Shown: piece after piece, positions 28,001 through 37,457 of the stretch
Layout of the letters: every line of letters starts with the position of its first letter
Position numbering within the stretch: position 1 is the stretch's first letter
Assembly (NCBI RefSeq): GCF_001194135.2
Contig: NC_068983.1
Location: 29,975,511-30,039,510, forward strand
Direction of reading: 5' to 3'
Source of the DNA: Octopus bimaculoides
Lineage: Eukaryota
DNA: 64,000 nucleotides
Notes under the pieces: model-generated
Databases searched by the model: none
Told to the model about the DNA's origin: nothing
What the model saw: only the letters and a program-made list of their open reading frames with translations
Made by a program: the position numbers and the translations under genes

Positions 28001-30647
28001 TTAAGTGTTTCATTATTTTCAATTTTGAGTTCGGATAAATATTTTACTTTAAACATACATACCTACAGACAGACACACATGCTTTTTCTTGTATTAATTA
28101 TACTTTTTTTTATTATTATTTTGTCCCTTGTCAGAAATCTGGCAAAGAGACTCACGTTTTAGTGACCTATATTGCTGGAAATGGTCTGAAAAAAGTGATG
28201 GGTAAATCAAGTGAAGAAATTGTACAAGCATGTACGGATGTCTTGAGTAAGCTGTTCCCAGAACAGGTTAGTATTTATAATTAGAGGGACCAGCTATCCG
28301 AATTGACAGTACCTCCACTACTAACTTGGTCACCCAGATAACGGAAGTTATCTACTACCTCTATCTTACCCCACTAGCAGTTGATGGAGTCTATTTTCTC
28401 TACATTTTCAGTGTTTGTTGTACCTGTGCACCTTCCACACACAAAAATTGTTGGACAAAGGAGAAAGAGCAGCTCATGATATGTGATAGCTCTCCTGTGG
28501 TTATGTAGTAACAGAGGGTTTGAAATGGAAATTGTTACCGTAAAGGGTATTATAAATGTGGATGACTGTTTTTGCTTTGGGTCCCTATTGCAACAGTTTA
28601 GTTTCACTTCTCCTCGCTGACAGTGGTCTGTACACAAATTGCCTGTGCACAAATTAATATTGAATAAGTTTTTTATGCATGTGTATCTATTAAATTTGAA
28701 AGATCTTGTCTGTAATATTAATATTTTGAGAACTAACCAACGTATGGTGAGCTATCCTGTTCAACTGCATTATTTACCGAGGACATTCAACTCTTTCATG
28801 TTTCATTCACCTAATATTTTCAGTGGTCCTATGTTTCAGAAAAACTCAGTTTATTTGATGTGAAATATGTTATTATTAGATGGTATTTAAAATAAGTGTG
28901 TATTTATTACAAATTTAATAAATCATAATAAACATGATGCCTAAAGAATTTTTGAAAAATCAAAGCATTTGTTGTTCAGATTACTCTGTCAAATGTAATG
29001 CTTATTTATTCCCATTGGGCATGTCTTAATGTTGGTTTAGAGCAACATAAATCTTAAGATATCATTCATGTTATGAGATTTTTATTGAGTACAAAATATC
29101 CCATTATATCAATATCTAAAATATTTTTATCAGAAGAAAGTCTTTTCAAATATTTTTGTTTTGGCTGCAGAAAATCCCAGAACCTGAGCAGTATTACACA
29201 AGTCACTGGCAGAAAGAAAGTTCCAATCGTATGTCTTACAGTTATGTCCCGGTTGGTGTAGATGCATCTGTATACACACACATTGCACAACAGCTCCATG
29301 ACAAGATTTTTTTTGCTGGAGAAGTAAGTACTACATTTTCATGTTGCGATAACCTTGTTTTTGTAAAAGATATTTGCCTAGTTTAACCCTATCGTGATCA
29401 TATTTTCAATGAAATATACTGCCTGTGTGTGTTTCATTTAGTTTTTAAAATAATCAAGAATTTGGAAGATATAGTAAAATAACGTTTTCTATATTTATTT
29501 GTTGTTTGGAACATAATTTAACAGAAGCTTCTTTGATAAAATTATGACAGAAGGTTTTAATTTAAAAATAAAGGCAAGATTATTGCAGTAATAAGTTCAG
29601 TTATTGGGTGAAGGAGTGGGGACCAGGAAATAACATTTTAAGTTACAGGCTCTTAGATGGAGTGTAGAAAATTGGTGTGTTGAAGTAATTGCTGATGGAA
29701 ATTATTAAATACAACAAACTCTCTTGTAAATTTACTGTTTATTTTTCTTAATGATGCAGGCCTTAATCACTTTCTTTGACTTCTTAATCTTAACTTTAAT
29801 ATAAATATGAACACTTTATAGAATGGACGGTTTTGTATTGTGTATTCAGAATTAGTCTCACTACTTTCCCTTCACCTCCATCTCCACTTCCCTTTCGTAA
29901 TCTCACAAACTTAACCCATCCACTCCCCCTATCCAATCCTTGGCTCCACTTATATGCATTTCTCTGTAACTTGAATGTACCCATTGTTCACATCTTCAAC
30001 ATCTCCCCACCTCTCTCTCTCTCCAACTGAGGTTGCCTTGTATCCCCTTTACTGCAAGGCACCTATTTCTGACCTCTGTTCATATTCATACCAGGTGGTC
30101 AGGCAGCTATACCAGTTAGTGTCTATCATTATCCAGTATCTTTGTGATGCTATTTCTATTGAAACACATTACCTGTGTGTTTGAATTAATTTTTAAAATA
30201 ATGAAAATATGGATAAATTTGGCATACTGGTTTTTCTCAAAAATGCTTTACATGTAGAATTATGATCCGTTTCAATATAGATATGGATATTTTAAAATGA
30301 ACAATCTTATCTCATAGAACTAGATGAACAGTCTTAGATTCATTGCTGTCTTAAGATTTAAATCATTGTTACTTCCTTTATAAATAGTCTTTCATGAATA
30401 ATTATGGACCAAAGTTTCAATTTAAATATGAACACTTGAAAACAAACAATTTCATAACATAGAACTGGTGGAGCAGTCTTAGCTTTGTTGGTATCAAATT
30501 ACTGAGTTATTTCCTTTTATAAGTAGTTGTTAATTGTTTAAAAATATATTTCAGGCCACCTGCCGACAGTTTCCACAGTCACTGGCTGGTGCTTATTGGA
30601 GTGGATTGAGAGAGACTGAAACAATTCTGAAGTGTTTTGATCAATGA
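5102..30647 (+). CDS. KDM1B: Lysine-specific histone demethylase 1B (LSD2), whole-gene span, 19 coding exons, about 812 aa
   Basis: 19 AG/GT-bounded exons with consistent phases total 2439 nt. They encode the C4H2C2 zinc finger (CERSGC..C..C..H..HFCNEC), zf-CW (LPFWVQCTRPECCKWRQL), SWIRM (LSLRNLIISLW, LTREGLIN) and the FAD amine oxidase domain (VGAGITG, LEAQNCLGGRV, FFAGEAT, GAYWSGLRE), colinear with human LSD2 as I recall it. Confidence 0.95.
6084..6500 (+). mobile_element. Degenerate mariner transposase 5' region
   Basis: MEAVECRSVIRFLYL..EMKEVYGDDTPSY..WYRQFKCG..; WIPWMLTPFQKQK (WVPHEL-like); stops and frameshifts. Confidence 0.8.
6817..6960 (+). CDS. KDM1B: KDM1B exon 2
   Basis: ag/gt; RCSARGIKRKSFFDETWDVSGTGKKPVRACERSGCPATIPICFANSTE. 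Confidence 0.93.
7733..7822 (+). CDS. KDM1B: KDM1B exon 3
   Basis: ag/gtaagt; RCVGSGYTSRWHHISAGEHFCNECFEYFYR. Confidence 0.95.
8244..8469 (+). CDS. KDM1B: KDM1B exon 4 (zf-CW)
   Basis: ag/gt; SHKLGYETFCKWK...FMADKLLPFWVQCTRPECCKWRQLSRD...FTCGM. Confidence 0.95.
8900..9650 (-). mobile_element. Degenerate LINE fragment, same family as 20230-21240
   Basis: Minus strand LTIYKAQVRSTIEYCSLI. Confidence 0.55.
10158..10199 (+). CDS. KDM1B: KDM1B exon 5
   Basis: ag/gtaagt; KERQLEACAVPEDH (last CW cysteine). Confidence 0.9.
10452..10795 (-). mobile_element. tRNA-headed SINE related to family D
   Basis: Minus strand GGCACATGGCTCAGTGGTTAGAG..GTGAGTTTGATTCCC..; second copy at 38397-38725 (-). Confidence 0.75.
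11210..11381 (+). CDS. KDM1B: KDM1B exon 6
   Basis: ag/gtcagt; RVEMCRSPWWFSQLTASVGLKMSPSLHFLSDYSSDAIGHCP..., matching the WWYSML...YYPDCVG region. Confidence 0.85.
12509..12840 (+). mobile_element. tRNA-headed SINE (family D)
   Basis: A box TGGCTTAGTG, B box GAGTTCGATT, then GTGTCCTTGAGTAAGACACTTTATTTCACATTGCTCCAGTCCACTCAG; copy at 53674-53900. Confidence 0.75.
12993..13171 (+). CDS. KDM1B: KDM1B exon 7 (SWIRM)
   Basis: ag/gt; VWEMFRQPF...EPKIFLSLRNLIISLWNLSIK. Confidence 0.93.
13349..13760 (-). mobile_element. Internally deleted mariner element
   Basis: Minus strand encodes the mariner C-terminus ..IQECFHQWK*RWIKCVVSEGDYFEG; TIR-like end near 13349-13380. Confidence 0.7.
14833..15012 (+). 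CDS. KDM1B: KDM1B exon 8 (SWIRM)
   Basis: ag/gtaagt; EWMTWQRCANYLIYRGVSRIKCVELLQSIIYYLTREGLINIGLLHDPPTSLLLPNVNYEN. Confidence 0.93.
15556..15689 (+). pseudogene. Partial duplicate of KDM1B exon 8 in intron 8
   Basis: 134 nt matching 14857-14990 with 5 substitutions; both original splice sites are missing. Confidence 0.9.
15956..16030 (+). CDS. KDM1B: KDM1B exon 9 (GxGxxG)
   Basis: ag/gttagt; HSVIVVGAGITGLAAARQLSNFGVK. Confidence 0.95.
16043..16258. mobile_element. piggyBac-type MITE, same family
   Basis: TTAA-CCCTTTAGCATTTAAACTGGCC...CTAAAGGA-TTAA. Confidence 0.75.
16385..16620 (+). mobile_element. Family B SINE (5' part)
   Basis: Same head and body followed by (GT)n. Confidence 0.7.
16620..16965 (+). 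mobile_element. RTE-clade LINE 3' remnant (ORF C-terminus plus 3' UTR with GAT tail)
   Basis: CGVRLFDKKRTEDLIGMLGLEESVERLARVNGVRWYVHVLRRDEEHVLKR followed by ...TCCAACCCATACCAGCATGGAAAGTGGACGTTAAAC and a GAT-type tail. Confidence 0.8.
17645..17885 (-). mobile_element. Family A copy, old
   Basis: Diverged reverse-complement copy. Confidence 0.65.
18591..18728 (+). CDS. KDM1B: KDM1B exon 10
   Basis: ag/gtgagt; VTVLEAQNCLGGRVDEASNIGDMCLGQGTQIINNCVNNPICLMCMQ. Confidence 0.94.
19844..20015 (+). CDS. KDM1B: KDM1B exon 11
   Basis: ag/gtaagt; ADIDMKIIRDKYELIFENG...RLNFHFNAILDVIAEWRKDNALAKDTGLL. Confidence 0.94.
20230..21240 (+). mobile_element. Degenerate non-LTR retrotransposon reverse transcriptase fragment (CR1/Jockey-like)
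   Basis: Scattered frames KSTGDLLSCVTHQWA, TILFQYINNLF, TADDMT, LYKA*VRTTIMEY. Confidence 0.6.
21761..21887. mobile_element. 127-bp Tc1/mariner-type MITE
   Basis: 28-bp TIRs CAGGGTGTCCACAAAGTCTGGGTACATG (1 mismatch), TA on both sides. Confidence 0.85.
22270..22328 (+). CDS. KDM1B: KDM1B exon 12
   Basis: ag/gtgaga; supplies the required phase 1 to 0 bridge; SKFREAHDQFLEQSQIEFSL. Confidence 0.85.
22580..22870 (-). mobile_element. Family A copy inserted in a tRNA-headed SINE
   Basis: As above; interrupts the SINE starting at 22434. Confidence 0.85.
22936..24012. mobile_element. CpG-rich insertion with TGTA...TACA ends (solo-LTR-like); includes a 534-N gap
   Basis: Starts TGTAAGGG, ends TTTCACTACA; sits in the (TA)n of a SINE whose body and tail lie on either side. 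Confidence 0.45.
24419..24619 (+). CDS. KDM1B: KDM1B exon 13
   Basis: ag/gt; DEEKILEYYLGHMELVSGCSVEDLSSMHWDQHEAFPQLG...LAKDLDIQYNVE. Confidence 0.93.
25748..25822 (+). CDS. KDM1B: KDM1B exon 14
   Basis: ag/gt; VVKIDYSEADVIVHASSGAVFRANK. Confidence 0.92.
27052..27168 (+). CDS. KDM1B: KDM1B exon 15
   Basis: ag/gtaagt; [39 protein letters not shown]. Confidence 0.95.
27759..27887 (+). CDS. KDM1B: KDM1B exon 16
   Basis: ag/gtgaga; VVLQFKKNFWREKVKDVDVFGYIASDESCRGLFSVFYDLSKVQ. Confidence 0.95.
28135..28266 (+). CDS. KDM1B: KDM1B exon 17
   Basis: ag/gttagt; KSGKETHVLVTYIAGNG...EIVQACTDVLSKLFPEQ. Confidence 0.93.
29171..29323 (+). CDS. KDM1B: KDM1B exon 18
   Basis: ag/gtaagt; KIPEPEQYYTSHWQKESSNRMSYSYVPVG...KIFFAGE. 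Confidence 0.95.
30555..30647 (+). CDS. KDM1B: KDM1B exon 19 (stop)
   Basis: Acceptor ttcag; ATCRQFPQSLAGAYWSGLRETETILKCFDQ*. Confidence 0.94.
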   Translation, partial: ATCRQFPQSLAGAYWSGLRETETILKCFDQ

Positions 30648-30904
30648 CCAGCCAACAATCAACTTCCTTTGGATCACCTCTACTGACTTTCTCTTTGATT
30701 TCATTCTGTGCATGATGTTTAATGAAATTCTCCTCGTTTGTTGCCTTGTCAGTCTCTCCACAATAAGCCAACATTTCTGTTAAAACACTTGGCTGTACTG
30801 TTATAAATTTCTGATCTAATACACTTGTTATTCATTTATTACAAACAACTGTACACTCATCATTATTCTATATAAATTATTATTATTATCATTTTATTTT
30901 ATTT

Positions 30905-30909
<5 letters not shown>

Positions 30910-30951
<42 letters not shown>
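30910..30951. repeat. (AT)n microsatellite
   Basis: Directly visible. Confidence 0.95.
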
Positions 30952-30957
<6 letters not shown>

Positions 30958-31624
30958 CCATTTTGGCATTTTAAAATAAAGAATTGTTGAGCCATGGTAT
31001 TCCATGGAATTTCCAAAATTTTTTTTAACCTTTTTGAAAGAATATGAAGCTGTATGGAAATGAGACATGAAGCATCGGATATATAGGCATATAGGCTATC
31101 TGCAAAGGCTGGAGAGACATGAATTGTGTACAATTAATCATTGGATTTTTCGCGTTAGCTTGCACGACAGCAGACCTCGAATAAGATGAGAAAGTGTTAG
31201 GAACATCAAAGGCTTCCATCAGCCAATGATACTAGAAAATCAACTGTGCCTGGATGTTTATGTCAGAGTTCTACCAGCCAATAATACTGGAGAATCAACT
31301 GTGCTGGTACGGCTGTGTGAGTCAGTAGATAGTGACTGCTGGGTGAATTGAGGGTACCAGTGGTAGAAGTTTGTTGATGTTCTTGACTCCCAGGTGAATA
31401 TTAAACAAGCAAATTTATGATCATGATCAAAGTGGTTCCAATTGTGACCATCCCATCTTTTTATTACTTGTAGCAGTGGTTCTGCACTGGGGTCCATATA
31501 AGATTTTGTTGTTAAAATTTATGAGCAATAAATTGATTATACTTTTACCTTACACAGAATATTTTAACAATTTTTTGTTTAATTATAAAAATATAATTGG
31601 ATTTTTTTAAACCATTGAATGGCT

Positions 31625-32430
31625 TGATACATTCGAGAGAGCCCTAAGGAAATCACAGATAGCTCTGCATCAATTCTTAAGAGTATACTGTGTGACACCA
31701 AATCCAAACACACCAGCAGGTATGTCACCAATTGAGCTGGTGTTTGCTAGGAAAATAAAATCAGTCTTTTGACAAATTACTACCTGGTAAGAAAAGAAAA
31801 ATTGCAATGGATAAGACAGCAAGATATTTCAAAATTGGTGAAAATGTATTTGTTAGGGCATATAAGAACAGAAAACAAAGTTGGGAAGATGGCATGATTA
31901 CCAAATGTATAGGAAAAATGCTATACTTGATAAAAGGAAAGAATGAGTTATACAAGAGACACATAAACCAACTAAAAAAAAGATTTGTTGAGAGCGAACC
32001 CAAGAGAATGGAAGAACTCAATGGAGTGGTTATATGATACTTTTCCAGTACCAACACCACTACAAATAATTGAACCCAGACGCACAAGTGAAAGAAAAAG
32101 AAAATGTCTGGAGTTCCTGGAAGTGGATGCTAAATGAAAAAAATATTAAATGTGTAGCTGTATGAAAAAAAAACTCAAAAAAGGGAGGTAGGGTGACGAA
32201 AAATTCATTGCTAATAAAAGAGGTAAGATTACACTCCCTAAGAAAAAAGAAAAACTTAAAAGGGAGATGATATAGTAATAATGGAACACCCCTCCTACAT
32301 GAATGGTATGTGTTAGTCATAAATACTGTGTTGTAGTGTCGGTCATTACATAGTCATGTCTTTACTTGTCTAACTAACTATACTGCTATACAGGAGTGGG
32401 CGTTATAACTCTGACAGAGGATTACAACAC
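31625..32430 (+). mobile_element. Ty3/Gypsy LTR retrotransposon 3' remnant (integrase C-terminus, PPT, short 3' LTR)
   Basis: DTFERALRK..QFLRVYCVTPNPNTPAGMSPIELVFARKIKSVF..FKIGENVFVRAY..W..G.I..KRHINQLKKR; purine tract aaaagggagatga near 32258; LTR-like 32271-32429 ending CA. Confidence 0.75.
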
Positions 32431-33484
32431 ACTCCATAATAAATTTCAATTGCTGAGATACACCCCATTTTTTTTCCTTTTTACAGAAATTAATCAGTAA
32501 TTAATCAGAAATTAATCAGTAAAATGAATGTTATTTTCATTACATGAGTAATTTTAATTAAATTATTAGCCACTTATTCACATAACTACTATGATGATTA
32601 TGTGTAATACATATCCCAGTTTTGGGGGTCAAAATTTTCTTAAAACCTTTAAAATCCCATATATAACATGCATTGTTGCACAACTGTTACAAAAGTGGAT
32701 AATCTAATATATTAGTTTTTATCTTTTTATATATAAGATATTGATCAAATCAAAAATAATCTAAGTAAATAAGAAATCCTTATTACATAAACATGTAAGG
32801 CGAAAATACATCTGAATATTATATAAGGTATCGAGCTGGCAAAATTGTTAGCACATCAGACAAAATGCTCAACAGCATTTCTTCCAGCTCTTTATATTCT
32901 AGTTCAAATGCAGCTAAGGTCAATAAAATAAGTACCAGTTGACCACTAGAGTCAATGTAGGCTCACCCCCCCCCCCTCACACACACACACATACACACAC
33001 CCAAAATTACTGGCCCTGTGCCAAAATTTGAACCCATTATACTCCACCCTAATTTTAATCTTGATTTTGAAATGGAAAAAGAGTGTAAGGTGCAGGCATG
33101 GTTGTGTGGTTTCAGGTTCAGTCCTTCTACTGTAGCCCCAAGCAAGTTAATACATTATGAGTGAATTTGGTTGACAAAAACTGAGTAGAAGCTCATCATA
33201 TATGTCATGTGATCACATGACTGACCAGACTATCAGATGTTGTTAGACATCATTTGTCACAATGTGATTTACATTGTTTTCACCTTCAAATGATACCACC
33301 CCACTGGCTCGTCAAGCAGGCCCGCATTCTCCCACTTGATTGGAAGGGGAACTGGCATAACATGAAATAAAATGTTTTGTTCAAGAACACAAAACTTCCT
33401 GGTCCAGGAATTGAACCCATGATCTAGCAATAAATAGCCTAACCACTAGGCCATATGCCTTCACACTTACACGCATACATATAT

Positions 33485-33592
33485 ACAAGGGTATGCTGAA
33501 AAGTTCCTGGCTTTAGGTAAAAGAAAACACAGGAGGATCAATTAATTATGATTTTATTTAACATATTCCCCTCCCAGTTTCACACACTTAAT
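33485..33592 (-). mobile_element. Truncated copy of the same mariner MITE, abutting the tandem array
   Basis: Matches the reverse complement of 63350-63451. Confidence 0.7.
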
Positions 33593-33593
33593 G

Positions 33594-33920
33594 CACATGA
33601 TATCTTTCGGGCGAGTTCGTTGCCAGTGCCCCTGGGCTGGCTCTTGTGTGGGTGGCGCATGAGGTGTTTCGAGCGGATCGTTTGCCAGTGCACCCCGGAC
33701 TGGCTCATGTACGGGCGACATATGAAATCTTTCGAGCGGGATCGTTGCCAGTGCCCCTGGACTGGCTCATGTGTGGGCGACACATGATATCTTTCGAGCG
33801 GGATCGTTTGCCAGTGCCCCCAGACTGGCTCAAGTGCGGGCGACACATGATATCTTTCGAGCGGGATCGTTGCCGGTGCCCCTGGGCCGGCTTGCGGGTG
33901 ACACATGAGGTTTTTCGAGC
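33594..33920 (+). repeat. Tandem array of ~62-63-bp units (5 full plus 1 partial, continuing into a gap)
   Basis: Unit starts 33594, 33656, 33719, 33781, 33844, 33902; CACATGA..TTTCGAGCGGGATCGTTGCCAGT..ACTGGC.. Confidence 0.92.
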
Positions 33921-34292
33921 NNNNNNNNNNNNNNNNNNNNNNNNNNNNNNNNNNNNNNNNNNNNNNNNNNNNNNNNNNNNNNNNNNNNNNNNNNNNNNNN
34001 NNNNNNNNNNNNNNNNNNNNNNNNNNNNNNNNNNNNNNNNNNNNNNNNNNNNNNNNNNNNNNNNNNNNNNNNNNNNNNNNNNNNNNNNNNNNNNNNNNNN
34101 NNNNNNNNNNNNNNNNNNNNNNNNNNNNNNNNNNNNNNNNNNNNNNNNNNNNNNNNNNNNNNNNNNNNNNNNNNNNNNNNNNNNNNNNNNNNNNNNNNNN
34201 NNNNNNNNNNNNNNNNNNNNNNNNNNNNNNNNNNNNNNNNNNNNNNNNNNNNNNNNNNNNNNNNNNNNNNNNNNNNNNNNNNNNNNNNNNNN

Positions 34293-34529
34293 GGTGGCAC
34301 ATAAAAGACACCATTTCGAGCGTGGCCGTTTTCGTGCGGGTGACAGGGTGACACGTAAAAGCACCCACTACACTCTCTGAGTGGTTGGCGTTAGGAAGGG
34401 CATCCAGCTGTAGAAACTCTGCCAAATTAGATTGGAGCCTGGTGTTGCCATCCGGTTTCACCAGTCCTCAGTCAAATCGTCCAACCCATGCTAGCATGGA
34501 AGGCAGACGTTAAACGATGATGATGATGA
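34293..34529 (+). mobile_element. RTE-tailed short element (family A), young copy
   Basis: GCACCCACTACACTCT..TTAGGAAGGGCATCCAGCTGTAGAAAC..TCCAACCCATGCTAGCATGGAA..GACGTTAAACGATGATGAT. Confidence 0.85.
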
Positions 34530-34654
34530 TTGCAGCAGCTCCTCAGCTTTCCTAAGTCCTGGAAAAGAACTTGGAAGGTTAGGCCTCCAACCAGGCCTTT
34601 TGCGGTACCCTTAAAGCCAAGAACTTCTCAGCACCCCCTTGTATGTGTGTGTAT

Positions 34655-34980
34655 CATCATCATCATCATCGTTTAACGTCCGCTTTCCATGCTAGCATGG
34701 GTTGGATGATTTGACTGAGGGCTGGTGAACCAGATGGCTACACCAGGCTCCAATCTGATTTGGCAGAGTTTCTACAGCTGGATGCCCTTCCTAACGCCAA
34801 CCACTCCGAGAGTGTAGTGGGTGCTTTTATGTTCCACTGGCACGAAGGCCAGTCAGGCGCTACTGGCAATGGCCACACTCAAAATGGTGTATTTTACGTG
34901 CCACCTGCACAGGAGCCAGTCCAGTGGCACTGGCAACGCAAGAAGGCGATGCTGGGCACAGGTGCCATCACGATTTCGCT
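34655..34980 (-). mobile_element. Family A copy
   Basis: (CAT)n plus reverse complement of the family A body and two 5' units. Confidence 0.85.
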
Positions 34981-35029
34981 TGCCCCAACAGGTCTTTGCA
35001 GGCCGAGTTTAGTGTCCAATGTATATATA

Positions 35030-35210
35030 AGTGCAGGCATGGCTGTGTGGTTAGGAAGCTTGCTTCCCAGCTACATGGTTTCAGGTTCAGTCCCACCACG
35101 TGGCACTTTGGGCAAGTGTCTTCTGCTATAGTCCCGAGCCGACCGAAGCTTTGTAATTGAATTTGGTAGGCGGAAGTTACTGCCGTGTGTGTATATGTCT
35201 GTGTATGTGC
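35030..35210 (+). mobile_element. Family B SINE (5' part)
   Basis: GTGCAGGCATGGCTGTGTGGTTAGGAAGCTTGCTTCCC..GGTTCAGTCCC. Confidence 0.75.
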
Positions 35211-35246
35211 TTGTGCCTCTCTCCGAAAGAGAGAGAGAGGGATATG

Positions 35247-35288
<42 letters not shown>

Positions 35289-36924
35289 AAGAGAGAGAAT
35301 TGATATACAAACATCAAAAGATATATCCACTGTAATAAAGAATTCAGTTAATATGTCATTGCAGTAAATTCAGGTGGAAAAAAATTGCATGTATATACAT
35401 AATCAGCTAAAACAATCTTTTAGAACAGCATATTTAGAATAAAAAGCTGTAAAGCATAAATTTCCCAAATGGTTCATAATTTAAATATATTAGTTATGTA
35501 ACTTAACGATGGAATTAAGGATGTTTATTGTTAAAGAAACAGCTGTTGAATGAACATAATTAAACTCTGAGTTATTTGAAACTTTTGCTTTTTATTCTAT
35601 GTGTGTGCAGATCATTGTGTTTGTTTTCACACAGCTTGACAACTGGCAGTTGCAGATTTAAAAAAAAAGTAAGTACTGAGGTCAATTTGTTCGGTCAAAC
35701 CCTTCAAGGTGGTGCCCCAGCATGGCCACAGTCCAATGACTGAAACAAGGAAAAGAAAAGCAAAATTATACATGGTGTTTTACAGTAAACTACATGAGAC
35801 CAATCCATCTGATATAATTCCATTTCCATAGGCTTTTGTATGCATTTCACAAATACAAGAGTCTACCCTTAATCTCAGATTTCATCTAAGCAAATATCCA
35901 CTGCAAAATGCTGAGAACAGTTTAGCTTTAATGTGAATGAACAAATTCTTTCAAACCATGAAGGGATGGGCATATAAAGTCACACATGAAGCAGATTTTG
36001 AAGAATTTTATCTAATTTGTGGGGTTCCAAAATGATTGCAGAATCATTAGTAGCAACTCACTTATAAAAGGGTAATGACCTTTATAAAAGGTCATGACCT
36101 TAATTTTGAACTTGCCCCCACAAAATTTGATTTCCATATGTTGCTACTGCTAAAATACATCATCTGAAATATAACAGCTGATTTTAATTAATTTAAGTGG
36201 AAAGTTAAATTTTATGGGCATGATTTTAAAAAATAATTGTTTTTTTCTTTTTGCTTTATGAGTGATTCACTACACATAAATAAAAATGAAATTGCATGGT
36301 AAAAGATGCGAATGGAAGTACTGAAGGACTAGACATGAAAATGTAAACTGAAAGGAAAGGTAAGCGAAACTGAAAAAAATAGTTCACTGAGGAAATAGGA
36401 GAGATGGAAATCAATAAGAAAAGGGAAGACAGAAATTGAAAAAGGGACAAGATGAGAGAAAATGAGCCATTTTAACTGAGTTACAGAGATACAGAGGAAG
36501 AAAACGTGATGGAAGAGAGAAATAGGCAAAAAAAAAAAAAAAAAAAAAAAAGAGAGACAGGAAGAAGGTAAAATGATTTCACTGTAAAGTGGTAGAAGAC
36601 AGAAAAGAAGTTAAAAAGAATGAGAAAGCTGGTGATAGAGAGCCTAGATGTGGCCAAGCTTTCAATGACGAACAGGAAGAGATAGAAGATGTAAAAAGAG
36701 ATTCAATACAGTGGTGGTAGTAGGAGATGGCTACATACGAAAGAAAGAATGGAGAAAAGATGGACGTAGAAAGTTTCTCAACATAAATATATGATAACTA
36801 ATGAGGATCAAGCAATGTTCCATTTCATTTCAAGTGTGAATTTTGCATTTGTATTGTATTTCTGTTTAAATTTTGAAACTTATTTAGTGTAATACTATAC
36901 ACTATTCTTATTTTTACCTATTCA

Positions 36925-36955
<31 letters not shown>

Positions 36956-36988
36956 TTTAAGGAATGGAGAAAACGCATGTTATAATTG

Positions 36989-37087
36989 CATACTTTATTC
37001 CTACATATGTTTCAAAGGATTACAACCTATGTGATCCATAGGGATCTGTGATATTGAAATTGTAACCTTCTCATCAGGGAAAGCATG
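36989..37087 (-). ncRNA. Type I hammerhead ribozyme motif (Penelope-like pLTR type)
   Basis: Minus strand reads stem I CATGCTTTCC, core CTGATGA, stem II GAAGG-TTACAA...TTGTAATCCTTT, GAAA, palindromic stem III ACATATGT, cleavage triplet GTA, then stem I 3' strand GGAA(TAA)AGTATG overlapping AATAAA. Confidence 0.75.
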
Positions 37088-37156
37088 GGAATCATCTTAA
37101 ACGGTCATAATGCCTTACGTTTAAGATGATTCCCATGCTTTCCCTGATGAGAAGGT
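37065..37156. repeat. Perfect 39-bp inverted repeat (37065-37103 / 37118-37156) with a 14-nt spacer; right arm runs into an N-gap
   Basis: accttctcatcagggaaagcatgggaatcatcttaaacg and its exact reverse complement. Confidence 0.97.
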
Positions 37157-37296
37157 NNNNNNNNNNNNNNNNNNNNNNNNNNNNNNNNNNNNNNNNNNNN
37201 NNNNNNNNNNNNNNNNNNNNNNNNNNNNNNNNNNNNNNNNNNNNNNNNNNNATTTTATTCATTAAGATAGAAGAAATACATATAATTATATATATA

Positions 37297-37457
37297 TCAT
37301 CATCATCATCATCATCGTTTAACGTCCGCTTTCCATGCTAGCATGGGTTGGACGATTTGACTGAGGACTGGTGAAACCGGATGGCAACACCAGGCTCCAA
37401 TCTAATTTGGCAGAGTTTCTACAGCTGGATGCCCTTCCTAACGCCAACCACTCAGAA
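37297..37457 (-). mobile_element. Family A copy (5' truncated)
   Basis: (CAT)n plus family A body. Confidence 0.8.

Noticed and set aside
33594-33920. CRISPR-like array
   Set aside because: Eukaryotic context; units are degenerate along their whole length with no unique spacers and are homologous to the head of a retroelement.
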